The notes below the pieces were generated by a model. The model ran no database searches. It was not told the DNA's origin and was given only the letters and a program-made list of their open reading frames with translations. 64,000 bases of DNA, from assembly GCA_963806535.1 (NCBI GenBank), contig CAWDYC010000003.1, forward strand, positions 32,001 to 96,000, written 5' to 3'. The stretch is from Candidatus Bathyarchaeota archaeon (lineage in GTDB: Archaea; Thermoproteota; Bathyarchaeia; Bathyarchaeales; Bathycorpusculaceae). Within the stretch, counting starts at the first letter, position 1; each line of letters starts with the position of its first letter. Below, in pieces: positions 20,345 to 31,375 of the stretch. The position numbers and the translations under genes were made by a program.

Positions 20345-21279
20345 TTTTAAATGACTTACCTTACAGCGCGGACTTTATCAAACCGATGACTCCGTCCAGT
20401 GAAGAATAAGTTTTGTTAGGAATTTTAGGCAATAATTCAGATAGGTGAACTCGTTTTTCAGCCGATAAGTTCACAACTTTCCACCCATAATCAGTCATCA
20501 GGGACTTGCTTTGTAGCGGGAAAAACTGCGTCCTCAGAAAGAACAGCCTTGGCAGAATCCAACCCGGTGTAAGCTGTTACTGGAAGAAAGTTGCCGGTTA
20601 GCTTGTAACTGTTTAAAACGGAGTGCATCAGTGCTCATTCTTGCTCCATGATAAGACATTGCAACGACTTTTGTTTTGGTTTCTGAGGCGTTATTATCGA
20701 TTTCTTGAAGTTCTTGGTCGGTGAATTGGTATATGTTGTGTTTGCCTTTGCCAAAGAGCCTTGTGTAACCGATGTCTGACCAGTCAGTTGGCTTTTCTTT
20801 AGAAATGTCTACACAGTGGATTATGTTGAAATCCCTCATCAAATCAACAGCTGTACTCTGTTACGGGTGCTCTTATTTCCCAAACAAGCCTAACTCCATG
20901 CAAATTTACAGAAGCAAAAAAATCCCTAGCAGAGCTAACTGCACTTTGATTAAGAACGTAGCTTGGTGGTGTTTCTAAAACAAGAAAAGGCGAATCAAGC
21001 AATCTGCAGTAAGTCACCATCTGACCAAGCACCCGATAAGCTTCATCGACGGGTTTAAAGCCGATTCTATGGGTTAAGATCTTGGTGGCAACGAACTGAA
21101 AAAGTGAAATCTCGGGGTACGGTTTTTCGCCTTCCCTCTAATAGCCGAGTGTTAGGGTACTGGTAGAATGTGTAGTTGACTTCCACAAAATTGAAAACTT
21201 CAGAATATGCCCCAAGTGAAGGCTTGTTTGGAACTTTGAAGTAAGCCCAGCCGCCAGTGCCAACCAAATAATCAGGCAA
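20345..21279 (-). pseudogene. Second DUF72 family protein, frameshifted
   Basis: VGTGGWAYF, FVEVNYTFY, FSVRCHQD, WEIR fragments in successive frames; 3' end approximate. Confidence 0.65.
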
Positions 21280-21292
21280 ACAAATACCTAAA

Positions 21293-21739
21293 TTATCCTT
21301 CTATGTTTTGATTAATTAGAGTATCTTTTGCTTTGAGATCGATATTTATAGCATTAAGATTCAGGAACATCCCCGTAGACCACCACGAAATGTGCATTAA
21401 TACAAAAACAAATTGTGCATTAGTAATGACAATTTTTGAATTATATCGTATGAACGATCCTCGAGTTATCCTACGTGTTTTTTTGGCTTGTTTCTCAAGT
21501 CTTGAAATCCGATGGGCTTCTAAGATTTCTCGGTCAGAAATCTCCTTTCCCTTATTTTGTTTATCAATTTCAGTAGAAAGACTTTTTAATTCTTCTTTTA
21601 AAGGCGGTACAGTAAGTTTGGTTAATACAATTTTATCCCTTTTCTGTAAACGATGTTTTGTTTTGAAGTAATTTTTAATTCTTTTCTGAGATATTGAGGG
21701 ATAACAATTTGACCTTTTTTCCGACAATTGCGATCTCAA
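21293..21739 (-). CDS. Hypothetical protein, possibly a fragment
   Basis: 148-aa ORF, no motif recognised. Confidence 0.3.
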   Translation of the reverse strand: MRSQLSEKRSNCYPSISQKRIKNYFKTKHRLQKRDKIVLTKLTVPPLKEELKSLSTEIDKQNKGKEISDREILEAHRISRLEKQAKKTRRITRGSFIRYNSKIVITNAQFVFVLMHISWWSTGMFLNLNAINIDLKAKDTLINQNIEG

Positions 21740-21810
21740 GTTCTTCTTGTTCCTATTTCGTTACCCAAAAGTATAGTTTTCATAGTACATTGTTATTCAA
21801 CCTTAAGAAC

Positions 21811-21843
21811 AAAAAAAGAAATGGAGAGTCTATTCAAGACTCA
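21811..21843 (-). terminator. Hairpin plus U-tract terminator-like element
   Basis: GAGTCT-N5-AGACTC followed on - by TCCATTTCTTTTTTT, directly after the stop at 21845. Confidence 0.5.
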
Positions 21844-21844
21844 T

Positions 21845-22054
21845 TTATGGCTTCTTATAAAAGAACCTTAAAGCAGCAATCACCAGCAACAGGAAACCTA
21901 ACACGCTAAAAATGGTACCGAATCCTGAGCCTCTCAGGGGAGCGCCATGAATAGTTATTATTGCTAATCCAACGATCAGCAAGATTATTCCTAGAACTCC
22001 CAGAATGATCGCATGCATGTTTCGGTTGCTATTAGGTTTTGTATTTTCTCCCAT
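21845..22054 (-). CDS. Small two-TM membrane protein
   Basis: 69 aa, two hydrophobic helices; paralog at 24276-24486. Confidence 0.75.
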   Translation of the reverse strand: MGENTKPNSNRNMHAIILGVLGIILLIVGLAIITIHGAPLRGSGFGTIFSVLGFLLLVIAALRFFYKKP

Positions 22055-22227
22055 TTCAATGCCTTCTTAATCCACATCGTTTCTTTACGTATATAAGCTT
22101 ATAATCAAAAAGAATAGCCATTTGAACACATTCACTAGTGCCACCTATACGGTTGTAGTAGTGGGGCTTATTATGGTTGATAAATCAAAAGGAAAGGGGC
22201 TCTTGAATTTCAGCGTAAACAGATCCA

Positions 22228-24178
22228 TTATATAAACAGTAGCCAGGCGACGAAGATAGCTAAGGTAGCGATGAAGAGACCTGCCCAAAGACTTTTGCTA
22301 TGCTTGAAAATGTCTTTTCCACTCATCGGCGAAACGGGGAATGTGCCGAAGAAGGAACCGATTACGCACATTGATAATCCTGCATCTCCAACAGCGGTAT
22401 ATCCTCCTTTTAACAGTAGGAAGAATAGTCCTGCGAAAGCTAAGCTGATAAGGATTTCAGATGTTGCTACTATAGCTCCTAATCGTTCAGTGAATTTTTT
22501 GGAGTGTGTGCTTCGTGTTGGTGAGGAAAATGGAACTCTGAAGGCAAAGGTGGTGAAGAGGAAAAGGATAAGTCCCAAAGGCCAAATCGAGTGTTCACTC
22601 CACACGCCTTTGCTTCGCAAGTAAGCTATGGATACGAACTTTTGTATGAACCCAACGATCACGCTTGTTAGAATGAACACGGGTAGCAGAGCCCAAATTT
22701 GGCTAAGAGTGATAACTTTAACGTAGGCGAAGGAAATTCCAAGAACAACTATTGCAACGATGTAAGCTAGAACTTCTGTCCCTGTTGGCTTAAAAAGCGA
22801 GCCTACTTTTTCGGCAGCTTCAGCTTCGCGTCTGGATGAGATTACTTCTTCAAGCCACTCCTTTAAATTATCCGGGATTAGACCTTTTGCTTTTTCCTCA
22901 GGTGCTCCACCCTCTTTTGCTAAGGGGTTACTTATTGCAGAAAGAATTGCAGCGAATACTGCTATTACAGCAGCTGATACACCAACGGCTACAGCTGTAT
23001 TTGTCTGGTTTAGGAACCCAGACCTGTTGAAGAAGATCTGACCCAGATGATGGAGTTGATGATCGAGTCGGACTTGTTGATGGGGATGCAGATGATGACG
23101 GGGACGAGGAAGCCCCAGGATTTGGAGAAGCAGAAGTGCTTGGGCTTGGCGATGCAGACGAGCTAGAAGAATCCGGTATAACAGAGACTGTGTTGTCACC
23201 CATGTTGGTTACTAATATTTCTCCTTTAACAGAATCATAAGCGACGCCTGCTGGGGTGGTTCCTACAGGTATAGTTGCAACAACGGTATTGTTGGTATCT
23301 GAAATTACTGAGACAGAGTTGGACCCGTGATTTGATACGAATATCTCGCCGGTACCTGAATCATAAGCTACGCCGTAGGGAGTGGTTCCAACAGCTATGG
23401 TAGCTACAACGGTATTATTGTTGTCTGATATCACCGAGACTGAATTGAACCCAGAACCATAATTAGCCACGAAGAGCTCACCTTTACTGGAATCATAAGC
23501 TGCACCAGCAGGGGAAGTTCCTACAGTTATGATTGCAGTCACCAGATTGGTTCTGTCATTTATTACCGAAACTGTGTTGTAACCAGAATTGGACACGAAG
23601 ACTTCATTCATTGTTGCATCATAGATTACTTTATTGGGATTTGTTCCGACAGATATGTTTGCGACAACGGTGTTAGAGATGTCTGATATTACTGAGACAT
23701 TGTTGTCTCCGGAATTAACTACGAATATTTCATTTGCGCCAGGATCATAAGCTAGGTTATTTGGGGTTGTTCCGACGGGTATTGTAGTTAGCACACGTCG
23801 GGTGCTGTCGGATATTACTGAGACTGAGTTGGAACCGTGGTTGGTCACGAATATCTCTCCTTTAACAGAATCATAGGCTATACCTGTTGGAGAGGTTCCC
23901 ACAGTTACGGTTGCCAACACAAGTTTAGTGCTGTCTGAAATAACCGTGACTGTATTGTAACCAGAATTAGCTACATATATCTCGCCTTTGCCTTGATCAT
24001 AAGCTACGCCTGTGGGAGAGGTTCCTACGGTTATTGTGTTGGTGACACCGATAGCTCTAACCAAGTTAGCTGCTGAAAAGGCAAAAATTAAAATTAGAAA
24101 TAATCCCAAAAGCTTCCAGACTTTAACATTCATCAACCTTCGCCTTCCTTTCTCCCCAAGCGCTCGCTTTAGTTTCAA
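22228..24178 (-). CDS. YVTN beta-propeller surface protein fused to a degenerate peptidase M50-like membrane domain (frameshift near 23030)
   Basis: Signal peptide, 7 blade repeats and S/P linker in ORF 22928-24178; polytopic domain in ORF 22228-23199; real start possibly 24133. Confidence 0.75.
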
Positions 24179-24239
24179 ACATTTCCTAACTTATAATGTT
24201 AGTGTGATTTGGGACTCATAAGGTTCAATTATAAGCAGC

Positions 24240-24278
24240 AAAAAAAGAAAGATGGATGAGTCTACAAAAAAAGACTCA
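24240..24278 (-). terminator. Hairpin plus U-tract terminator-like element
   Basis: TGAGTCT-N8-AGACTCA then TCCATCTTTCTTTTTTT on -; homologous to 21811-21843. Confidence 0.5.
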
Positions 24279-24486
24279 ATGCACCTTCATACTAAATCTA
24301 ATAGAGAAATAACCAGCAATACAGCGCCAATTACAAGTGAGATTGTGCCAAACCCTGAACCTCGAGACTGCTATGAATAGTTATTATTCCTACCCCAGCA
24401 ATCATTAGGATTACTCCAATCACGAGCAAAATAATTGCGTGCATTTTGTTGTTGCCAGTAGATTTTGCATTTTCCGTTTCAGCCAT
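24276..24486 (-). pseudogene. Paralog of the 21845-22054 small membrane protein, frameshifted
   Basis: MAETENAKSTGNNKMHAIIL.VIG.IL...IITIH...GSGFGTI matches the paralog; absent from ORF track. Confidence 0.7.
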
Positions 24487-24519
24487 TTTCAAATTCTTCT
24501 TTACTCGACATTATTGATT

Positions 24520-24897
24520 CAGACAGAATTACGCGAGTTTTCATTAATCTTATTCGAAATGGAATTGAAGCAATCTCACAAGAAGGGGCAAATTCAATAA
24601 CTGCAAAAACACACTAAACAGCATAGAAATCGCATTCAACGACACAGGCACGGGAATTTCTGGCGACGTTCTACCCAAAATTTTCTCACCAGTCGCCCCT
24701 AACAAAGCTCAAGGCGGAGGTTTCGGTTAAGCCATATCCAAGCGCATAATCTATGATCATGCTGGAACAATTACCATTGAAACGACTAAAACAAAAGGCA
24801 CAACCTTCACTATCACTTTGCCAATTAAAGCCACTTCTAAGATTGAGCGCGAAGTGGAAAGGCAAAATCGAACTGATATTGGAGAAATCAATTCATG
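24520..24897 (+). pseudogene. Histidine kinase HATPase domain remnant
   Basis: RVFINLIRNGIEAI...AFNDTGTGIS...KIFSP...KAQGGGFG*AISKRII...GTTFTITLPI with stops. Confidence 0.7.
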
Positions 24898-25013
24898 ATT
24901 GCTTGGGATTATTCAATTGTTCAGAATCAGGCAAATGCAGTGAATATAAAAAATGCTTAAAAAAGTATTTGCTCGCTGAAACAAGGAACGAGAACTTGAA
25001 ATTGTAATTTTTT

Positions 25014-26004
25014 TTATATCCATCCTCTATGTTTAAAAATCAACGCGAGGCTTGAAGCTATGGTAATCATTATTGCAATCATAATGTAGAAGCCGAAAGG
25101 ACTGGTCACTTCTGGAATCTGTCCTGGTTTGAAGTTTGTGCCGTAAATTCCAGCGATCAAAGTCAACGGTAGAAAGATGGCTGAGATTATCGTTAGTACT
25201 CTGATTATGTTGTTTGTGTTTATATTTTGAACGTTAACCAGGATATCTCTGATGTTACTCATTTCCTCACGATGAGCGTCAACCACATCTACCAACTGGA
25301 TTGTTCTATCGTATAGATTTCCGAAACGAGGAAGATTTATGCCAGATATTAGCGCAAATTCACCCCTTGTTATTCTCCCCATAATTTCGCGAAGAGGACT
25401 CAAACTCTGTCTAAGAGTCACTAATTTCTCTCTAATCTTCAGAACCTTAACCGTGAACGTGCTGTCAATCTTTCTTGTCCCTTGCCTAAAAAAGCCTAAG
25501 GCTTCTTGGCTCAGCAGTTCTATCCGTTCAAACACCGAGTCTGAAACTGGATAATACTCACTGGTGACCAAATCCAACAGAATGTACAATATTATATCAG
25601 TTGAAGGAACAAGAGACAAAGAAAAATATCCGTGAGTGCCTATTTTCTTGTAAACAGAGCACGTCAACTCAGAGTAGCCTTTATGAACGGTTATTATCCA
25701 TCTCGAACAAACAAGCATCGCTAAGCGTTCCATCTTCCCATCAGAAATAAAGCCTTCTCTATGAGGAAAATTTAGAAGACAAAACACTGCGATCTTCATG
25801 TTCATCTATTCGTGAATGTTCTCCTTCTTCAGTAAGTTCTTGTAGGTTGTGTTCATCCAAGCTAAAATAATCTTTCAGCTCATTCATTTCAGCATCAGTG
25901 GGGTCTTGGGCATCTACCCAGAGAACCTGCTCTTTACTGATGTCTGCAGGTAACGCTTCCAGATTTTCGGATTGCCATCTACCTTCTTCATGCTGCTTAA
26001 GCAA
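25014..26004 (-). CDS. corA: CorA-family Mg2+/Co2+ transporter (frameshift near 25780)
   Basis: LWVDAQDPT N-terminus; LTIISAIFLPLTLIAGIYGTNF (GMN variant GTN). Confidence 0.85.
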
Positions 26005-26124
26005 AGTAACAGTTAGCAGGTACTATCTCCGAGTTACTAAATGAGAATCCTATTTGTAAACCTAACCATAATTTTACTGATCTCTCAGCATAAATGGAGG
26101 CCGTAGGTAAGGGAAGGAGAAAGA

Positions 26125-26536
26125 TTAGATTGCCCGCATGCGATTGTTTCTCGGGTTGTGTTCAACTTCCGCTTTTCCCATAGCTTCTAAGATTGGCGGA
26201 ATATAGTTTGCAAAGCGACCCCGCAAACCTTTTTTCATCCCGTACCATCCCCCTACAGGGTTTTCAGGTGACCTGCCCCAAGCCTCAACTGTTCCTTCTT
26301 CAGCGGGCTTCTGCTCGTCTACACTGCCCAGCGGCATCCAATCTCTTTTCGCCTTCAACATTTTATACAAATCGTCCAAGCATCTAAGCTGGTATTTGAG
26401 TTCTGTTTTGCCTACCCACACAACGACTGCTGGCGGATTTGCGGTCTTCATCGCGGTAAGCTTTGAATTCAGAAGTGCCTGGTGGAGTTTTAAGAATCCA
26501 AGGATCAGTTTTTGTTCCTTTTTCTTTTGCTGTCAA
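26125..26536 (-). CDS. Conserved hypothetical protein (frameshift near 26445)
   Basis: GTKTDPWILKTPPGTSEF upstream in another frame; WGRSPENPVGGWYG..KGLRGRF...EHNPRNNRMRAI. Confidence 0.7.
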
Positions 26537-26614
26537 ATAATATCCTATTTAGTTAGCGGTAATTGCTGTTAATAACGATGTGTTACTGTTATACTACAGT
26601 CACAAAAATTGTAG

Positions 26615-27938
26615 TTATTTTTTGGAGAAGGTTCTTGCATTTCTTATTCGAACTTGTCCATGTTTGTATCTCAAAAGAGCGGCAAAGCCTCCTAAAGCTG
26701 TAAGCTTCGCTTTTTCCTCTGATTCTGGAGATATTACCTCAACTCTTGCATTTGTTTGTGAAGCACCATCTTCCAAGACATCTATTATATCCTTCTCGTC
26801 AACTTCATATTCAACTGCGCCGCACCTTTCACAGGGGATCGATATCATTTCCTGGATTGTTTGAACCTTTTGCCCCTTTATCACTATCTTCGTCTTGGAT
26901 AAAGAACATTTTTTGCACATTGCAACAATTTCAATCATATCAGTGGTATCTGTAACTAATGCAATTTCCACTTCACCGGTCTTAAGCGATTTCAAAACTG
27001 AATCTAATCCGTAGAGTAGCCAAACCATTTTGCTTGGCGATATCTGATAGAAGGCGCTGAACAACACTTTTCTGTTCTGGCAAACACATATTCTTCAGTG
27101 AATCAAATGATTTGTCAAGCACCTCTCTTACTCCTTCTCTGCCAGCGGATTGTGTATCCACTTTGCCCAGAAACACATTTTTTAGCTCATAGTGAAGAAA
27201 ATCGCCGTTTAAAAAATCCTCTTTTGTTGTACCTGGTCCTCCAACGAGCAACACGTTAACTTTATGGTTCTCGAGAAATGCTTTGGCTGCATGTTCTGCA
27301 ACTCTATGGAAATAGTGTGTGAGTTCCGTGTCGCGTTCTCTTTCATATCTTCTTTGGCTTGACCCACCTTTTCCAGATTTTCCATGAATTCCAGAGGTGA
27401 TATTTTCTATGAATTCGAATCGTTCACCATTAAGCAGACCAAAGCTAGCCTCCTTTGAATCTAAAGCGATTAGACCCACAACTTTTAGGTCTCTAAGCAT
27501 TTCTCTTAGTGGCTCTAACTGGAAATAGTTGTTAACCTCCAACAAAAATGAAGTAATCGGTTCTGGTGGAACTACTTCTTCGACATTTAAAGATGCGTTT
27601 TCCAATTCGTTCGCAACGAAAGTTCCGGCAAATATCGCAATTCCATTCTCTGGAATTTCCCTCAGCAACCTTAAACGCTGAATCACATTCCTGATTGCGT
27701 CTTGATGATGGTCCACACTTTTGGACCTCGTGGCAACAGAATCAGATTCCGCTTTAAGAATTGCGATTACCTCATCTATGGATTTTTCCCGAGGTACGTA
27801 TAGCGAGATAAATTCAATGCCGAGTCCCTCCCTTTCTGATAGCCATGCTATGAGCTTCTTCAGCTTATGCTGTTTCACAGAATTAGTTGTTGCTATTTGG
27901 CACCCGTGAAAATGGGCCGCTGCTTTTTCAGTTACCAA
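26615..27938 (-). CDS. Divergent aRF1/eRF1 release-factor paralog (frameshift near 27010)
   Basis: FISLYVP, PENGIAIF, GKSGKGGSSQRRYER, VGGPG.TK, CxxC..CxxC insert, LGGFAALLRY. Confidence 0.85.
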
Positions 27939-27947
27939 CTCTGCACC

Positions 27948-28262
27948 TTACTTTTCGGTTGTCAAAACTTCTGCAGCAATCGTTGTGACTGCATCGAGGT
28001 CAACTTCTTCGGTTTCTTTTACGCAACCACTCGGCCTATAAACTAAAATCAATTCCTCACAAGTTCTTCCTTCGGGCTTGCCTAATTCTGTGCATGCTCT
28101 ACTTTGCGCTTCATCTTCTGACATACTGCATGTTTTAACACTTGCCTTGTCTAGTTTTAACAAAGTGTTATCATTTTTCAAAATATACGTTTTAACTTTT
28201 ACTTCGCCAACTCTTTTTCCTTTTTCCTGACCCATAAACAAACCTCCAATCAACTTGCTCAT
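27948..28262 (-). CDS. Hypothetical protein upstream of the aRF1 paralog
   Basis: 104-aa ORF with 4 Cys, 9 nt from the aRF1 ORF; start may be 28235. Confidence 0.55.
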   Translation of the reverse strand: MSKLIGGLFMGQEKGKRVGEVKVKTYILKNDNTLLKLDKASVKTCSMSEDEAQSRACTELGKPEGRTCEELILVYRPSGCVKETEEVDLDAVTTIAAEVLTTEK

Positions 28263-28372
28263 CTACAATAATTATCTCGTCTATCTGGTTAAAAACCTAA
28301 ACTGTATAAAACTCTTTTTAACTCATAAAAGTAAGCCTTTGAATTTAGAAAAATCACAGATTCGAAACTTAA

Positions 28373-29063
28373 TCAGAACCCCAATTTTTCATTTACAAAA
28401 ATTAGAGTAATTTTCCTAAAGGGCAAGGTTTCTTTTTCAAATACCAGTATTTTGACTATTGTACTGCCTTTTAATCCAGCTTGTTTCATTCTCTGATCTT
28501 CAAGAGGAAAAACACAATCACGTTTTCGTTTCATGGCTTCCTCGAAGTTAGGAACGATTTTTTGTGCACCTTCAACCCAAATTACATTGTTTGTTGGGTA
28601 AACGTAGGAAGACAATTGACTGCCTGTTGCGCTAGCAATGATTAGTTGCCCCGACTGCGTAATGGCGTGAACACTTCTTAAAAATATTCAGCTGTAATAC
28701 TTTTTTTACACATTTCAGCTTGTTTTTTAGGATCTTTTCTGAGACTATCTTTTCTTTGAGGTTATTCCTTGAGTGTTTACCCGAACTCAAGAAGTCAACA
28801 AAACCAATTTCTTTAAGAGTTGTTGAACTGCCAGTCATAACTTCGGCTCCTAAAGGAACAAGATTTTTCAATCTTTCTAATGCTTCTTGTTTGTTATTTA
28901 GGAATTCAACGTGGAAACATCTTCCTTCAAGGGCTACGCCAGTACTGCTAACTACGGCTTGATCAGCTAATTCAACCCACATATTGACAATCACGATTGT
29001 TTTTTGCAAAACTCTACTAAAGAAGTTGCCGCTAAGTCCCGACACTAATTCTTTAGAAAGCAA
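28373..29063 (-). pseudogene. LUD-domain (lactate utilization protein C-like) protein, fragmented
   Basis: GAEVMTGSSTTLKEIG, VIWVEGAQKIVPN..EA, ITLIFVNEKLGF across frames. Confidence 0.7.
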
Positions 29064-29282
29064 ATAGCATTTTTAAGTCCTCGAACTAAATATTCAAAAA
29101 CATTAAAGTTTTGAATCAACAACCTCAAACGTTCTGTTATCAAACCTTCAACTTACTCAAAAGTGCCCCCTATAAATTTTTAGAGAAATGAAGAATCCTA
29201 GTCAAATCTTTTGCACAATTAAAATTAAAAAGAATCCAAGTTATCAACTACCTTAAATAGGCTTGAGTCAAAAACAAAGGGG

Positions 29283-30803
29283 ATGCTGCCTAAAGGGAAA
29301 CCTCAAGAAGAATTACAAATCTTCTCGTTAGCTGTTGAAATGTGTACTGATGGAATAGTAATTGGAGAGCTAACTGGAAAAATCACTTATGTAAACCAAT
29401 CTTTACTTAAAATGTACGGATCCACAGACAAAACTGAACTTATTGGAAAACATATTCTTGAATTAATTGCCAAAAAAGACCAAGCGAGGACGACTCAAAT
29501 TTCTAATGAATGTATCAAAACGGGCCAATGCGTCGCTACAGAATTTGCCGCATTATCTAAAGATGGAGTTGAAATTCCTGTTGAAGCTACCATTGCAGTC
29601 ATAAAAGCCGATGATGGAAGAGATATAGGATTCATAGATGTTGTAAGAGAAATTAAAGAACGCAAGAAAGCCGAAGAAACGCTAAAAAAACAAGCTCAAT
29701 TAATCAACCTAAGCCCCCTCGCCACAATTGTCAAAAAAATAGATGACACTATTGTTTTCTGGAGTCAAGGAGCACAAGACCTTTACGGATGGACCAAAGA
29801 GGAGGCTATCGGAAAAAAAAGTCGAGAACTCTTCAAAACAGAGTTCCCAGAGTCTTACGAAAAAATAATCGGTTATCTGGAAAAAGCCGGGTGCTGGTCA
29901 GGAGAGAAAAAACAGCAAACAAAATTCAATCAACAGGTTTCGGTTAGAAGTCGGTGGCTCGCCAGCTACAACAGTGAAGGCAAAGTTGAAGAAATACTTG
30001 AAACAAACGTTGACATAACTGAGCTAAAATTTATGCAAGAAAAACTTGAGGAATATTCCAAGGGACTTGAATTTACAGTTCAAGAACGAACAAAAGAATT
30101 AGTTGAAACACAAACACGCCTTGTGAAGTCAGAACGCTTGGCCACTATAGGTGAATTAGCAGGCATGGTTGGACATGATTTGCGTAATCCACTTGCGGGA
30201 ATTAAGAATGCAAATTATTTCCTCAAGAAAAAATACAGCTCGTCTTTGGATGACAAAGGCAAAGAGATGCTTGCCATAATTGACCGCTCAGTTGAGCATG
30301 CGGATAATATTGTTGGGGACCTGCTGGATTACAGTCGGGAAATAAAGCTAGAGCTTGAGGAATATTCGCCTAAGTCGCTAATTGATTATGTATTGCTTTC
30401 CATTAAACCGTCAAGCCGCATCAAAATAATAGATCGCACAGAAAGTTTCCCAGCTATTTGGGTAGATGCAAACAAAATCGAAAGAGTATTCATCAATCTT
30501 ATCAAGAATGCTATTGACGCTATGCCTGAAGGCGGTACAATTGAAATAACCAGCCGACAAAACGGGGAAAACATAGAATTAGCTTTTGCAGATACAGGCA
30601 TGGGCATGTCATCTGACGTGATAGCAAAAATCTTCACTCCACTTTTCACCACCAAAGCACAGGGAATGGGTTTAGGATTAGCAATTTGCAAACGAGTAGT
30701 TGAAGCACATCATGGAAAAATAACTGTGGAGAGCACACTAAACAAAGGAACAATCTTTACGATAGCTTTACCAATTAGCCAAGAATCAAACAAGAAAGAA
30801 TGA
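29283..30803 (+). CDS. Cytoplasmic PAS-PAS histidine kinase
   Basis: Two PAS domains, GHDLRNPL, N/G1/F/G2 boxes, no TM. Confidence 0.92.
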   Translation: MLPKGKPQEELQIFSLAVEMCTDGIVIGELTGKITYVNQSLLKMYGSTDKTELIGKHILELIAKKDQARTTQISNECIKTGQCVATEFAALSKDGVEIPVEATIAVIKADDGRDIGFIDVVREIKERKKAEETLKKQAQLINLSPLATIVKKIDDTIVFWSQGAQDLYGWTKEEAIGKKSRELFKTEFPESYEKIIGYLEKAGCWSGEKKQQTKFNQQVSVRSRWLASYNSEGKVEEILETNVDITELKFMQEKLEEYSKGLEFTVQERTKELVETQTRLVKSERLATIGELAGMVGHDLRNPLAGIKNANYFLKKKYSSSLDDKGKEMLAIIDRSVEHADNIVGDLLDYSREIKLELEEYSPKSLIDYVLLSIKPSSRIKIIDRTESFPAIWVDANKIERVFINLIKNAIDAMPEGGTIEITSRQNGENIELAFADTGMGMSSDVIAKIFTPLFTTKAQGMGLGLAICKRVVEAHHGKITVESTLNKGTIFTIALPISQESNKKE

Positions 30804-30943
30804 CTGAATCTCAATGATAGATGCCTCGAATTTTGTGGACATCTTTTAGAGAACTATTTCACCATTAATGTGGCTTAGAACCAACAAAAGAAATCTTGAA
30901 AAAAATCTATTACTAAAAGATGAGACTATTTGTTCTGATTATT

Positions 30944-31138
30944 TCAAGAAATTTTTCCAACTATTCTTTGAGTTGTACCTTCGCATACTTCGGGTTTCCA
31001 AGTGCAAATGCCGGCGATTATCTCATCAAGATAGTGGGCCAACTCTTCATTTGTTACACCTTTAGAACAATTAACATTGTATTCGATTTCTCCATTTACT
31101 CGTCTTACCGTTATATCAACCAAAGAATCATTATCCAT
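30944..31138 (-). CDS. Small hypothetical protein
   Basis: 64 aa with ATG, upstream GAGGCG SD-like element and TTTAAA. Confidence 0.45.
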   Translation of the reverse strand: MDNDSLVDITVRRVNGEIEYNVNCSKGVTNEELAHYLDEIIAGICTWKPEVCEGTTQRIVGKIS

Positions 31139-31375
31139 AACTCACGCCTCTTCCAGACAATCTTAAATAATAAAATTTAAACTTTCATGTTAGCCTTAGA
31201 CTCGCTAAAGTGTTAGCGTTAAGTCGTTATTCTTTATTTTGGTAACTTATTAAAAGTTAATTTTCCTCTCTTATCAGGAAGATCTATCGAATATGTAAAA
31301 ACTAAAGACATAAATTATTCCGTCCATAATTCTCATCAACTCATTAACGCCATTTAATGGGAAGTACTGGTTTGT

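Noticed and set aside
23180-24040. ~126-nt periodic repeats (GAATCATAAGC...) here and at 9060-9900, resembling an array
   Set aside because: They encode beta-propeller blades with synonymous variation; not CRISPR.
24753-25007. 84-aa ORF with C-terminal Cys residues
   Set aside because: The 5' half is an alternative frame of the HATPase relic; a short real gene at the 3' end cannot be supported.
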